Shown piece by piece: positions 28,733-43,019 of a stretch of DNA of 64,000 nt. This stretch comes from Eledone cirrhosa (lineage: Eukaryota), in NCBI GenBank assembly GCA_964016885.1, contig OZ024743.1, positions 119,536,001-119,600,000 on the forward strand, written 5' to 3'. Positions within the stretch are counted from its first letter, which is position 1. Each line of letters begins with the position of its first letter. The position numbers were made by a program, and so were the translations under genes. The notes below the pieces were generated by a model. The model saw only the letters and a list, made by a program, of their open reading frames with translations, searched no databases and was not told the origin of the DNA.

Positions 28733-29004
28733 ATAAAAACAAATAACGAAACGAAATTAAATTTCGTTTCGTTTGTAACTCACTTTTGTATGACTGATGC
28801 TTAAACAATTAAGTTAAAAGTGTACATCCACATATGTATACTGAAATACTAGTATGCATATAAATACACACACGTATACATATGTACATGTACCGAGTTT
28901 TTCACTGGGCACTTTACTGTGAGTGTCCAGCTAGTTGTTTAAGCGTCAGTCATACAAAAGTGAGTTACAAACGAAACGAAAATTTAATTTCGTTTCGTTA
29001 TTTG

Positions 29005-29011
<7 letters not shown>
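28733..29011. mobile_element. Inverted-repeat element (~78-bp arms) in (TA)n
   Basis: 28733-28810 is inverted versus 28933-29011; each arm has an internal AACGAAACGAAA/TTTCGTTTCGTT hairpin. Confidence 0.7.
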
Positions 29012-29068
<57 letters not shown>

Positions 29069-29070
<2 letters not shown>

Positions 29071-29266
29071 AAAAACCACAAACCCTCCATCTCAATTCTA
29101 CTTTTGAAAAGAACAAGAACTGCGAAACCGGCAAAGGAACCAAATAAATATATTTAAAAAAAAAAAAGACTCTAGTTGCATTTTCGATTTCATCTATTTT
29201 CCTTATATTTTCACTCGTGCAGGACACCTCGTTCTTTTCATTTTGTAAAAAAACCTCACTTTCTAA
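29069..29266 (+). mobile_element. Family B element, uninverted full-length copy with a decayed HHR
   Basis: Starts AGAAAAACCACA and ends CCTCACTTTCTAA like 14058-14261; core reads TTGAAAA..GAAACCGGCA. Confidence 0.8.
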
Positions 29267-29652
29267 GATATATAGTATATTTGGAAATATGTATAGTATA
29301 TTTGGAAATATACCGTGTTTAAGTAAAAACATTTAGAAGACCATACGCTATCCATTTTAAAGTAGTGACTATGTCACTTACTTATTTTCGGCGGCGGAAG
29401 AGGTTGACAGTCTGTTTCACGCTGGTTGGCGTTCATCAGAACCACGCCCTCACATGCTTCATATATATATATTCACCACTGCATAGAACTGGTCATTCCG
29501 TATAGCCAACCATGAAGGTGGTCAGCCAAACTGACAACAACTGGCCCTCTTAATCGCCTTTGGGTCAAAAAAACACTTTTCTCTGTTTTTTTTATATCCT
29601 TATAACCTCTTGGATTGTGTTTACCATTATTCCTTTATTATATAACTATTAT

Positions 29653-29721
29653 GCAATAAACACCTGATGATGTTACCAGTATCTTACGTAACCTGGCCAC
29701 TGAAATGTACATAGTATTTGC
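29653..29721 (+). ncRNA. Hammerhead candidate
   Basis: ac-CTGATGA-tg..ccag..ctgg..ca-GAAAT GTAC ATA-gt; palindromic ATGTACAT; AATAAA just downstream. Confidence 0.55.
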
Positions 29722-29908
29722 TGAAATAAATCTTTGAAGAAATGTTACTAGTCCGGCCTCATGTCATTTTACTCACTTGATCAAACTCTAGTTTGATTGA
29801 CGTGATTATCCAACGATTCATTGACGTCAAAAAAAACAAAAAAAAACTATACATATATATAAAACTGTTGTTGCGTGTGTGTGTGTGTGTGTGTATGTAT
29901 GCATGTGT

Positions 29909-29984
<76 letters not shown>

Positions 29985-30493
29985 TCATTTTTGCAAAGTC
30001 TATACAAATCCACATTTCTCCACCGATTGACTTCAAACTTGCATTTATATATTTCTTGTGGTCCAAGGATACTAACTGCAGCTTTTATTTTTCAATTTTC
30101 TGTTGTTAAAGGGTTGTTAGGCGCCGGTTATCGATCTCCGTCGAGCCCTTATAATATTTGTATGTATGTCTGGCTGGCTGCATAACGACATTCTAACAAA
30201 CATGTCATTGCTGACGTATTATCTTCGCTACATTCACACACACACACCCACACACACATATATACATATATACTTATATATACACATATGTACATATACA
30301 CACACATATATATATACCCACATATATATATATACATATGTACAAACATATACACATATATATATATATATACACATATACATATATATAAATACGCATA
30401 AAAATATATGTATATATACATACACACACACACCGACACACACATATATATATATATGCATACATACACACATATATATATACACACAGATAC

Positions 30494-30527
<34 letters not shown>

Positions 30528-31236
30528 GTATCTGTGTGTATATATATATATATATATACACAGATACATTGTAGGTCGCTTTAACCCGTCTTTTATTATT
30601 CAAAAAACTTCTTGCCAATAAACATTAACCTTATGAGCGCCATGCATCTAACTGTAGACCAACAAACACCAACTAAACAAGAATGATGGCGAATGAATCT
30701 TCGAGGTAAGCAGTTTCCTCCCGAGCTGTTAGTTCACGCGGGATTCTCTGCTACACCGTTTCGTAATAATACCGAACAGCGTACTGCTGGTCACTCCTTC
30801 TTCCAAAAGCCTTACAAAGCAGACATGTGCATCGGGTAGATGGAATGGGTGCAAATCTACACCAGGCCTACGCGAGAAATTCGCAAGGGACTGCACCGAC
30901 AGGGATAGAGAGAAAGAGTAACTTAGTGGAAAGAGTGCGAATGAACTTTTGAAGTAAGTAGCCAACGCCTTACTGCTATGACATTGGAACCTTCTGTCAA
31001 CTTAACCTGTGACTTTCGCTTTCACATTTACTCCAAAAGTCCAAAACAGAGGAGTATTAAAAGAAGGGGATCAACAATATTCTATGAACAATGCACGTAG
31101 ACAGCTAAACTGTACTTTCAACTTCTTAATTTTCTCCAAATAAAACAAGTTTCCTGTCAGTATATCTTCGTGAGTTTTTAACAGGCACTCACAAATAAAC
31201 GTTTCTCATTGGAGGTGCTATTACCAATGTTCTTAT

Positions 31237-31262
31237 CCGTGCAACGCCGGAATACACTGCTA

Positions 31263-31263
<1 letters not shown>
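31237..31263 (+). mobile_element. Helitron-like 3' terminus
   Basis: CCGTGCAACGCCGG hairpin followed by CTAG-T about 10 nt later. Confidence 0.55.
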
Positions 31264-31307
<44 letters not shown>

Positions 31308-33220
31308 TAAATATTTGCTCTACGGTTCTTATATATTTGATATATTTTTATCCCTATCGAGCTCTCTTTGGATTTTAGTCTTTAAATTTATTATTATTAC
31401 TATATATATATGTATACGCGCGTGTGTGTGTGTGTGTGTGTGTGTGCGTGAAGGAAATAGGATAGATGGAAACTGCTGTGTAAGTCCGTCTGGTAAACAG
31501 TACCCTTTTTTTGATGGCACACTTAATCTATAGTCTGATTAAATGCCAGAACCTAACAGGGGAGGGTGTGTGGAGGATTAAGTGTTACTCAGTTTGTTGA
31601 TCTCCGATCTATGGACAGATGACAGGATATGTTGATGCCCTGCTTGAGACAACGCCAATCTTGGACGCTCCACACTAAGTTCAATGACGCTGTCCTTTTT
31701 TCTGATTAAGCCATAGATATATATATATATATATATCTTAAAACTCTCATTATACTGTTTCTGCTTTGCATATCATTTCTCTGAAATTCAAAGAGCACTA
31801 AAATACTGCAACTGTAATAGCGAAAATTGTATATATAATACCTGCTGTTTGATAAAGGTTAGCCTTCTGTCAATATAACACATCAAAAGTAAGGTAATAT
31901 TGAACTTAAGAACGGTGGATTAATGAAAAGGGAAATGCCTTACAACATGGATTACGGTCTTTATCCATGGCCCTCTAGGTTCTGTTTTAAAATCACCCCG
32001 AGGTCAATTTTACCTTTCCTTCTTCTTGGGTCGAGAAATAAAGTATCAGACAAACCCTGGATCAGGTCAATCAGCTATTATCTCCGCCATATTTGAATCC
32101 CTGTACCCACTTCAGAAAACAACTGTATAATCAACTTATGATCATAAGACCATAAGTTGAATTTACTCCCAAACGTCCCCCAACATCTGGCCTACAAATG
32201 TGCTAACCACTAATCACTAGGTTCAGGCCTTTCTACCCAGATCATCGGTTCTTTGACATTTACATCTTGCCTCTATATTCCCGACTGCCGTTGACTTGCA
32301 ACACTTTAAGCAGAACGTTAACGGCATCACCCTTCCTGTTCCGATGAAGACCATGGACATTGCTCCTTCCTCTGGATCAAATAAAAAAAGAAGGTAATAT
32401 AGCTTTTATTGTGTGTTTACCTCAGGTAATCACTGAACGATCAGATCAATTATCAAAAGCATCCCAGCCGTGGCCATCCCATTTTTTTTTTTTTTTTTTT
32501 TTTTAATATCATGGGTTACGCAGTCGAATGTGTTTATTTATTTTTCCGACAATAGAGTGTGATTCAATTTGAAAGAAATGTGGCTGTTATTGCAGACAGA
32601 CGATGAAACTGCACGAAGATTTCATCGTTGGTTGATTAAAAGACGGTATCCAACGTTGTTATTGTTGAAGCAGATATATAATCTAGGGAGTTTCAGGCCT
32701 GATTATTACGTCAAATATCAAGCATCAAAGATTATGCTGTCTAATATGTCCCTTTTGGGGAACAATAGGGTGTAAATGCATGTGAAGTAATTTCGGCTAC
32801 TCATTCTAGTAAGTCGAGCTACTGAGTAAAGATTCTCTCATCATCGCCTGCTGTTAAGTTGTATAGAAATTGCCTTCGTTTTTATGTGTTTTTTCCTGTA
32901 AATTTCAAACATGTCTTCTTAAGTTGACTGAAAAAATAAATATAGATCAACTTTTATCTATCGAGATTCGTGAGAATGGAGAAGGAAGGTGTTCTCAAGC
33001 CAGAGATGAGGCCCAAATGCTTTCAAGAGAGTGTACATTGGTAAACACACATATATCCAACAACGAAATTTGAATTCAAAACGAATTTCCAAACACTCCC
33101 CGTTATTAAAAATCTATGTATGGTCAAGATCCTTATATAAAAATCCATAGAGAATGGGGAACAAAGCTAGAGAGAACGAGAGAGGGGAGGAGACACATAG
33201 TGATGGTCGGAGCGAGGAGG

Positions 33221-33351
33221 AGAAGAAGAAGAAGAAGAAGAAGAAGAAGAAGAAGAAGAAGAAGAAGAAGAAGAAGAAGAAGAAGAAGAAGAAGAAGAAG
33301 AAGAAGAAGAAGAAGAAGAAGAAGAAGAAGAAGAAGAAGAAGAAGAAGAAG
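33221..33351. repeat. (AAG)n microsatellite
   Basis: Direct run. Confidence 0.95.
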
Positions 33352-33689
33352 GTTGGTCACGACTTGAACGCCATTGATGATAGGTTGAAAACAGACAGTA
33401 ATTTTAGAAGAAAACATTCTATTAATAGGTTATTACAAGACATGGATCGAAAAATACTTATGCTTTCTATCACACACAGACAGAAACAGGCTCTTTCATA
33501 CATATACATGTAAAGAGAGAGACGTATAGATACAGACACACAGACACACAAACACATATGCACACAAACTGGGCATTGTTATCGGATATTTAGGTTAAAC
33601 AATCATTCACATCGAGGTTACAAACTCAACAGATGAGTAACTTTGCACTAAAGCTGAGATGTATCAGTATTACCTTGCACGCACGTGTA

Positions 33690-33761
<72 letters not shown>

Positions 33762-33866
33762 CATGTGTGTGTGTGTGTTTGTGTGTGTGTGTTTCTGTGT
33801 GTATGTGTGTATATATGTATATAAATATAAATATATTGAGTGAGTGTCTGTATATATGATGTAATG

Positions 33867-33905
<39 letters not shown>

Positions 33906-34112
33906 GTGTACGCACACACACACACACACACATACTCTGTTTCACTTTCCCTCTCTTTTTCACTCATGCACATAAGTCAGAATTTTGTACAATTGACGAC
34001 ATTGTTTAATGTGTCCTTTCAAACATTTTTTTTTAATCGAAGCATAAAATAGTGAACCATGGATGAGAACTGAAAATATAAATTGAAAAATCTTTGAAAC
34101 ATTCATAAGGAA

Positions 34113-34251
34113 ATAATTGTTTCTAATTTTGGCACAAGGCCAGCAATTAATCCAGTGCATTGCTGGTACTTTATTTTATCGACCCATAAGGATGAAAGGC
34201 AAAGCTAACGCCGGCGGGATTTCAACTCATACTGTAAAGGGCCGTAACTCT
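34113..34251 (-). mobile_element. SINE family A
   Basis: Reverse-complement consensus match. Confidence 0.85.
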
Positions 34252-34829
34252 AATAATGAACGAGATACCTAGCGAAATCACTTTAATCTAATAAATTTTA
34301 AACATCTATTAGCCGAATGTTATAAAATAAGAGAAATGTGAAAGAACGTTGTTTAGCTTACAGGCTGCTTTCTAGTTTATATAATATATATTATCTCGCA
34401 TTTTAGGCAATGTGTTCTTTCCCAATTCATTTAAGTGAAATTTAGCTGGTGGTTCTAGCACGTCGTACAGCCACCCTGTGGCGTTCCTAAGGAGTAATCC
34501 GATTCTGTTCTGATTAACTTAGGTGATAAACTTCATCCTTCGTTTGGTTTAAAACCAGCAGTTCGCCCATACTTACTTTTTGCAGATTTCCTCACCACTT
34601 ACGCCACCAGAGATTTTTCTTTGTAACAGTAGCGGGAATAAGCTCGCCTTATTGATGACGAAGTGAGTGATTGAATCAAAGGAGGTAGCTCATGAATGAA
34701 GGTTGTGGACTAGAATGAACCTGGCAATGATGACAAATTTCATAGTTTGATACAAAATACAATGAACATGCGTGGGGGATTCGTTGAAAGCAAAGGTTGT
34801 CAAATCCTTCCAGTTTGTACAATTCAGCG

Positions 34830-35000
34830 CCATGTTTTTCTTTAGAACGGTGGTAACTACCTCGATTTACGTCATATCCGACACCATTATAGCCACATCT
34901 TCTGTATATACTAACTCAGCTTTTCTGTGTCTTGGTTCGAACTGGAGATTGCTCAGCACCTCTTATTCCTCCAGAATCATCTTCATGTACTGGTCGTCAA
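34830..35000 (-). pseudogene. Possible decayed L1/Tx1-like RT fragment
   Basis: Minus translation LVYTEDVAIMVSDMT*IEVVTTVLKK resembles the YADD region. Confidence 0.35.
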
Positions 35001-35686
35001 TATGCGATGAGATATAATATAGTGTGACCCATAAAGAATGGCAGTAGGAGGAAAATCTGAAGAGCGGCTATGGAAACAGAATGAAGCAACCAGTGTTTTA
35101 GGATACAGGACAGTTCAGCGACAAAAGAGCAGAAAAGTGAACAGCAATAAATCTCAAAATTGGCCAAATTTCAAGTGTCACACGTCCAGATATGAGGAAA
35201 ACATCTTATTCGATCAGAACCCATAATAATTGTTTCTACTTTAGGCACAAGGCCAGCAATTACCCAGTGCATATGGTGAAGGTTTTTTAATCATAGTCCT
35301 AAGAGGCCCGACTGAAGAGAGAACGTGAGTATTTCTAACGCTAAGTGTGTGTGTATATACATGTTTCGGGAAAGGATTTCGAGTGCACATGTGTGTATAA
35401 GTATGTGTGCATCAAAACACTCAATGCGAAACGAATGAACTCCATAGAATCGCGTATCAGAAGAAGTAATTTCTTCTTAATATGTATGCGAGGGTGAGTA
35501 TATATATATATATTAATTCCAAATATTAACAAAATAGATATGCTTGTGATCAATTATATTTTATTATACATATTTCAGAGGTACTGAATTAAGTTCAACA
35601 GTACGTCCTCGTCAGATAAAATAAAATGATACATGACATACCCTGACATGGTAGATGGTTAAGATTTAATCAAGGTTGACTCTTAA

Positions 35687-35731
<45 letters not shown>

Positions 35732-35805
35732 TGTGTGTCTTTGTGTATGTGCGTGGTGTGAATATGTGTGTGAGAGAGCGAGAAAGAGAAAGAGAGAGAG
35801 GGGGG

Positions 35806-35874
<69 letters not shown>

Positions 35875-36264
35875 TTATAAAAGAAAATCATCGGATATTC
35901 TCAGTTAGCTATAAGGAAATTAAATACACGTAAACAGATACATGTAATACTAAATAAAATAAGTTATAAATAAAATAATAAATATGTATAAAATGACACA
36001 CAAAACATAGAAATGCCGACACCAATATATAGTAACAATAATAAACATGAAATTCAGTGAAGCAAATAAAAAAAGACTATTTCTGCTTTGAAAGTTGCTT
36101 TGTCATTGTGCGTGCTTGTCTTTCTTTTGTGAAGTTTGTCGGTTATAAACACACACACGCACAACCACTCATACGCTCATTCTCAAACACAGATGCGATG
36201 CACACACATGTACATGAACATGTGACGTGCATGTGTTTACATACATATATCTACGCAAACTTAT

Positions 36265-36297
<33 letters not shown>

Positions 36298-36347
36298 AAT
36301 TGTATATATATGTATATATATATATGTGTTTGTGTGTCTGTATTCTT

Positions 36348-36378
<31 letters not shown>

Positions 36379-37651
36379 GCGCGTGTGTGTGTGTATGTAT
36401 GGTAGTGACGTATTGATTTTAGACTGGTAAGACAACTTTACATTGTTGGGGAAACATATAGAGCATCAGAGGGAGGGAGAAAAAATAACAAACTAGATTA
36501 TAACAGGTTTAACCCTGCGCTCACGCACACATGCATTGGACGCACATACACTCATGCGTGTGTACAGAGAACCGGATGTACGCCTGTAGTCATGTTGTAT
36601 ATAAGTTCCCCAACAACAAATTAAACCTGAACTATTATATGAATAAGATATATGTATGTATAATTTATGCGCACATAAAAAGTTATATCTTTTTCGATTG
36701 AATATCGATTAGCTGTTTATGTATGTGCCTGAGTATCCGTGTATGTGAATCTGTATTTTTGCGTTTGTGTATATCTGCATTTAACTTGCTTACTAGCCAA
36801 AAACAACCGCTACGTAGTCGTTCAACATGCTGGAAATAGTAATGAAATTTTCCTCAAATTACAAACACTCAAACACACGCACAAAAAAAAAAAAACATTG
36901 ATGAATGTAGCTCGGCATACATATGACCTGATATAAGGAAATGGTTACAGCTGGAACGCTTTTCATTGTAATTCTGCTCATTGAGAGATCACAAAGTGTT
37001 AGACAACAATAACAACTATGGTTTGTTGATAGAAAAACTGTTTATTGACCAATAAATATTTATGCATAACACAGCATATATTAGCAATTCTTGATAAGTG
37101 TAGCTGTAACTAAAGTATTTTAAAAATTAATAGCCTCGCCATGAAAATGTAAATAAATGTAAATACATTCCGTTATTGTCATCGAAGATAGAAAAATACG
37201 GAAGTTGCCTTCGCATGTTTCACAGCTTATTGGCTTTTCGTTGGAAACCGAATACACATATCCTTCCGCTTACGAATCGAACTTATATTAAATGGGTATT
37301 TATATCAAACACAAACTGAAACTTAACTGAAATAGCTAATCATATTTTCCTCAAATTCATTCAACGACGACATGATTAATTAAATGATATATTTTTATGC
37401 ACAACACAGCGTCTATTAGAAATGTCTAAGATAATTTTTATGCAAATATAACTGGTTATTTATGTACTTGTGTCGCTACCTGTGATTGTGTGGGTGGAGA
37501 GAAAGGAATAGTGAGAGGCAGTCTGTAATTTAACCAATTCTAATTAGAGAAGAAGAATATTCGAATCAAGTTTTGTTCATAATACAAAACAATGTTTCAT
37601 AAACTGAAATGTAACTAAATGCAAAATCAAATTTTTTTTTCTTTATTTTTT

Positions 37652-37788
37652 ATTACGGCCCTTTATGCTCTGAGTTCAAATCCCGCCGAGGTTAACTTTG
37701 CCTTTCATCCTTACGGGGTCGATAAAATAAAGTACCAGTAATACACTGGGATAATTGCTGGCCTTGTGCCGAAAGTAGAAACAATTAT
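37652..37788 (+). mobile_element. SINE family A
   Basis: Close consensus match, 5'-truncated. Confidence 0.88.
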
Positions 37789-38247
37789 TTTTTTTTATTA
37801 GATTAAGAACAATAAACGGCTCTATTATATCTATTAGAATCAAGTTTCAAGTGAACTTTTATTTCTTCTTTGAATTTTAATTCATAATGAAATTTCAGTT
37901 ATTATTAACATATTTCTATTCAGTTTTTCCTTCTTACTGTTTCTTGAAAACTCTAACAGATAAATATAGAAATGTCTAGTTAAAACATTAAATCAAAATT
38001 GGGATTCATATTCTTTTATTGATTTCAATCATTGGACTGTGGCCATGTTGAAGCACCACTAGCCCCAAGGTAAAAATCAATATCAACTTCTTAGTATTTA
38101 TTTCATCGCAAAGGCAAGATTCGACCTCGGAACATTAAAACTGTTTGAGCAAATACTGCATGTATTTCGTCCGACTCGGCAAGCCAAGAAAATAATCCCT
38201 TCTCAATCTCTCACCATTCAAAAAATAACAACCACATCCCCTTGAAA

Positions 38248-38291
<44 letters not shown>

Positions 38292-38293
<2 letters not shown>

Positions 38294-38494
38294 CGGAGGA
38301 AATGGGGTAAGGAACCAGGTGGACCATAACGCACCAAAGTACTCAATACTTAGGGTAGTAGAGTGGGTAATAGGAACGAGTAGGACCCCGACGGCTGAAC
38401 TCAAGCCGTTTCGACGGCTAATTCTGGACTGAATTAGCCGTCCAGAATTACCCGTCGAAACGGCTTGAGCTCAGCCGTCGGGGTCCTACTCGTT

Positions 38495-38497
<3 letters not shown>
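38292..38497 (-). mobile_element. Fold-back pLTR fragment, family P
   Basis: Homologous to 1233-1442 in the opposite orientation, with a different inversion junction; (TA)n on both sides. Confidence 0.8.
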
Positions 38498-38578
<81 letters not shown>

Positions 38579-40412
38579 CCAGTTCTTTGAATTAACAACA
38601 CCTTATTTCGGTTCTTGCCATATCAACGAATTAACAAGGTAAACTTTCCTCGATCGTAAAAATGATAGAAAGATAAATTACGACTGAGATGGGGTAAAAA
38701 AATCAGAAAGATTTCACGGAGGTGACTTAGGCGAGTTATTCAGAAAGCTTCGCTGGCTGCAGGTTGCCCATGACTGGATTAGAGCGTCGGACAAAATCCC
38801 TGTAGTATTCAGTTACTCCCCTTTATGTTCTGAGTTTAAATCCCACCGAGATCAACTTTCCTTTTAACCTTCCGATTGAGCAAGATCGATACAATAAAGT
38901 ACCAATAAATTATTGCATTTCCTTTAAATTTCATATTCCTATAAAGCATTTTGGGGTGTAAATAGAGTTATAATAGAAGAAAAAGACGTTTTCCATCAAC
39001 TCGCTATAGTTATAATAGAAGAAAAAGACGTCTTCCATCAACTCGCTATTATCATGGTAATCACTATCCTCTTCAGAACTATAATGTTTTCTCTTCGTTT
39101 TTATTTTATTTTTTACTTTTCTTTGATTATTCCCAACTACCCCTACTGTCATAACCATCACCAATTCTAAATTCAGAAATTATAATTTTGTTTTCCTTCT
39201 GCAAACTAACGAAATCTGACTAAATTCAGAAAATAGATTAAATAGACGTGCACTTTATACTAACTCTCTTTCTTTCTTTCTTTTTTCTTTCTTTATTTCT
39301 GTCTTTCTTTCTTTATTTATTCCTCTTCCGTTCGCACTTACTTCAGTCTATGTCTCCTATTGTTTAGAAATCGCTTTTACTTACCATTATTTTTATTATT
39401 TTTATTCATAGTATTGAGTCGCCGAGGGAAAAAAATTGGCAATGTTTTAGTGAGAACGGAGAAGAGAAAGTATATGAGGTGTTTGAATGGTATTTAATTT
39501 TGTTTCCTAGTCATATCAAGTCAAGTAAGTTTAAGCCAACCATCTATTCCAGTTAAACCTCCCAGAAAACCAGCCAACATAGTTAAAACAACACTAGCCA
39601 ACCAGCCAACTCAACCAGCTAGAGATAAAGTAACGCGGCCAATCAGTCAGCAACACATGAGTCAACAAGATATCTTCTGCTAAATACACTAGCCAAATCT
39701 CCTTTATATAACAACCTACAATCTTAGAAAATAACACATTAGAAAATGTGGTCCAGTGTTTACTGCACATACAAAAAGGCTGGATAGTCATAGCTGGAAT
39801 CCTTTAATCACATATCTGCTAGATTAGGGCTGTTCTGAGGTTAAACAGAAACAATGACAATAACTACTAGTCAAGACAGTTAATCAAATCGACTAGCCAG
39901 GCAATCAACCCGCCAACCAACAAAACAACCAGCACAGCCAACGCAACTAAACAAACACAGCCAAACCAAGTCCGGCCAGCCAGTTAGCCAGCCAGCTAAC
40001 ATAGCCAAACCAATTCCAGCCAGCCAGCCAGACAGCCATCATGCTTGTTCGGCAGACCGTGACTTGGAGCGAGTAATATTGAGAAATAGCGGCCAAGTTC
40101 GATGATCAATGATTTGGAAGCTTAGGGAACTATGCGTGAAAGGCAGCCAAGAAGAGATGAATGGCAGGCATACATCATAGAGATTCAAGCAGAGGAAATA
40201 ACGCGGCAGTAGCGATGTTGTTTCTCCACCACCACCAATCTTTCTCCACACACCACCGTTTCTCTCCCCTACTTTTCATCTCTTTCCCTCATATTATCTA
40301 TCTTTCTTTCTATCTATCCACCTCCCTCTCTCGCTCTCTATCTATCTATCTATCTACCTTTCTATCATCTATCTATCTATCTATCTATCTATCCATCTAT
40401 CTATCTATCTAT

Positions 40413-40511
<99 letters not shown>

Positions 40512-40759
40512 ATCTATCTATCTATCTGTTTGTCTATCTGACTATCTATCTCTCAATCTATCTGTAGATCACATCTAATCTCCATATTTCTTCCCCCCCC
40601 CCCATTCTCTCTCTCTTTCTCTGTGGCAGTAGCGATGCTGTTGCCCACCACCACCACCAGCACAAACACCACTCTTTCTCCACACACCACCGTTTCTCTC
40701 CCTTACATTATATTTCTTTCTCTCGTATCATCTCTCCCCCTCTCTCTCTCTCTCTCTCT

Positions 40760-40798
40760 CGTTCCATACCTATGTATCTATCTATCTATTTATCTAAC

Positions 40799-40883
<85 letters not shown>

Positions 40884-41025
40884 CTATGTATCTATCTATC
40901 TATTTATCTAACTCTCTCTCTCTCTCTCTCTCGCTCCATACCTATGTATCTATCTATCTATTTATCTAACTCTCTCTCTCTCTCTCTCTCGCTCCATACC
41001 TATGTATCTATCTATCTATTTATCT

Positions 41026-41059
<34 letters not shown>

Positions 41060-41091
41060 CCATACCTATGTATCTATCTATCTATTTATCT

Positions 41092-41133
<42 letters not shown>

Positions 41134-41167
41134 CCATACCTATGTATCTATCTATCTATTTATCTAA

Positions 41168-41185
<18 letters not shown>
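40760..41185. repeat. Compound minisatellite CCATACCTATGTATCTATCTATCTATTTATCTAA(CT)n, ~6 units
   Basis: Direct repeats with variable (CT)n spacers. Confidence 0.85.
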
Positions 41186-41209
<24 letters not shown>

Positions 41210-41327
41210 GGCTATCCATCTATATATCTATCTATCCATCTACCTACCTACCTAGCTATCTATCTATATATCTATCTATATATCTATCTATCTATATATC
41301 TATCTATAGCACTGTCTCTCCCTTCCA

Positions 41328-41383
<56 letters not shown>

Positions 41384-41714
41384 TGTGTGTTTGTGAAGCA
41401 TCAATCGGTCACAAGTTCATATTGGTAGAAATCAGAAGCAAGCGCTTGAGACCAGGTACATATTTCATTCAATGATGAGTCCGTTCGGTATGTAAAAGCT
41501 CGCTTACACACGCACCCTCCTCCTCCCCCGCTTCCATTCTGTCTACATATCTGTATGTGCATGTGTTTACGTATATATGGGTGTATGTGTGTATGTGATG
41601 TGTCCACCTTGTTTAATGTACTGAATATGCCAGTATTTATATTCCCGCGCACACGCACATGCATTCAAACCTATACACATACTAACACGCATATGTGTGT
41701 GTGTGTATGTGTAA

Positions 41715-41797
<83 letters not shown>

Positions 41798-41865
41798 ATC
41801 ATACTATATTATATTATATTATATTATATTATATTACATTATATATATGTGTGTGTTTGTGTGTG

Positions 41866-41968
41866 TGTTCAATCGGGCGAACCACAGTAAGTAAGTTAGT
41901 CAATACATAGTAGAGTATATAATGTTTAATATAAAAATGGCTTCTACAGGACTAGAACTGTTTCATTC
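41866..41968 (-). mobile_element. Family Q pLTR 3' fragment
   Basis: Shares AACCACAGTAAGTAAG..CAATACAT..TTCTACAGGACTAGAACTGTTTCATTC with 5890-5977. Confidence 0.7.
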
Positions 41969-42272
41969 GAATACAGCGAAAGAGGAACTATAAATGTACG
42001 AACATTTACATAACTTAATCTAAGAGTCAAAGCCTTTGACTAAGATAGCTAAATACCTTCGACTCTAATGTATTCTGAGCACGGTTATGATACTAGAATG
42101 GGTGACCTAAATATACTTGGTTTATGATTCTTGAGCATCCTATATAAATCTGCTCATAAGCAAGGCGAGATTCTGGCCTATTTATTTCTGATGTCTTCAA
42201 AGCTCGCTTGCGTTTGAGACTAGAATACGTTAAAAGAGTGGAACATCTTTTCTGTTGTATTATTGATAGAGT

Positions 42273-42485
42273 CGATTGGCAGAATCTGTAGATCGTCGGA
42301 CAACATGCTGTGAGGCATAGAATTACGCCCCTTTACATTCTGTGTTCAAATCTCGCCGAGGTCAACTTTGACTTTCATCCTCACGAGGTTTATAAAATAA
42401 AGCGCCAGTAATGCACTGGGGTCGATTTAATCGACTTTTCTTTCCCACAAAATTGATGGTCCTGTGCCTAAATAAGAAACCATTG
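42273..42485 (+). mobile_element. SINE family A
   Basis: Full head, core and tail. Confidence 0.8.
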
Positions 42486-43019
42486 TTGATGGAAACATTA
42501 TTTTAAAAAATGGATGACTAAAAGAAGAAAATCGGAAATTGGCAAGTATGAAGAGCAAACACACAGCATTTATGTAATTTGCACGACGCTCAAATCAACC
42601 GATATGTGTGTGCGCGCGCGCGTGTGTGTGCGTGTGCGCGCGTGTGTGCGTGTGTGTGTCTATGTATATATGTATACACACACAAATTAGAATTAATATG
42701 CTGTATGTATGATGATGTGGTTTCCTTAACCAAGTAAAGTGGTTAAAACTTAAAACAATGATTTAGCAAACCTATGATGATGCATTTCTAGTCCGTACCA
42801 TCCAAAACGATTTTCACGACCTTTCTTTGATAGAACAAGAGTGAATATGAATATAAATGAGAACAAATGAAATAATGATTATAATTATATTTATACGATC
42901 TATACTTTACCTCATCCTGCTTTTTTCGCTTCAGTCCATTTCTATGTAAACACCTACACTATATGTAACCTCCCTTTGTAATTTCCTCTTTATCCAACGC
43001 TCATTGTAGCAAAGAATAG

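Noticed and set aside
32335-32370. CCGATGAAGACC possible HHR 5' half
   Set aside because: Core is mutated and no GAAA or helix III follows.
33154-33513. Poly-Lys/Arg ORFs (and the poly-Glu/Gln ORF at 54360-54680)
   Set aside because: Trinucleotide microsatellites with no exon evidence.
40760-41185. Repeat-spacer pattern superficially like CRISPR
   Set aside because: Spacers are just (CT)n; eukaryotic context with no cas genes.
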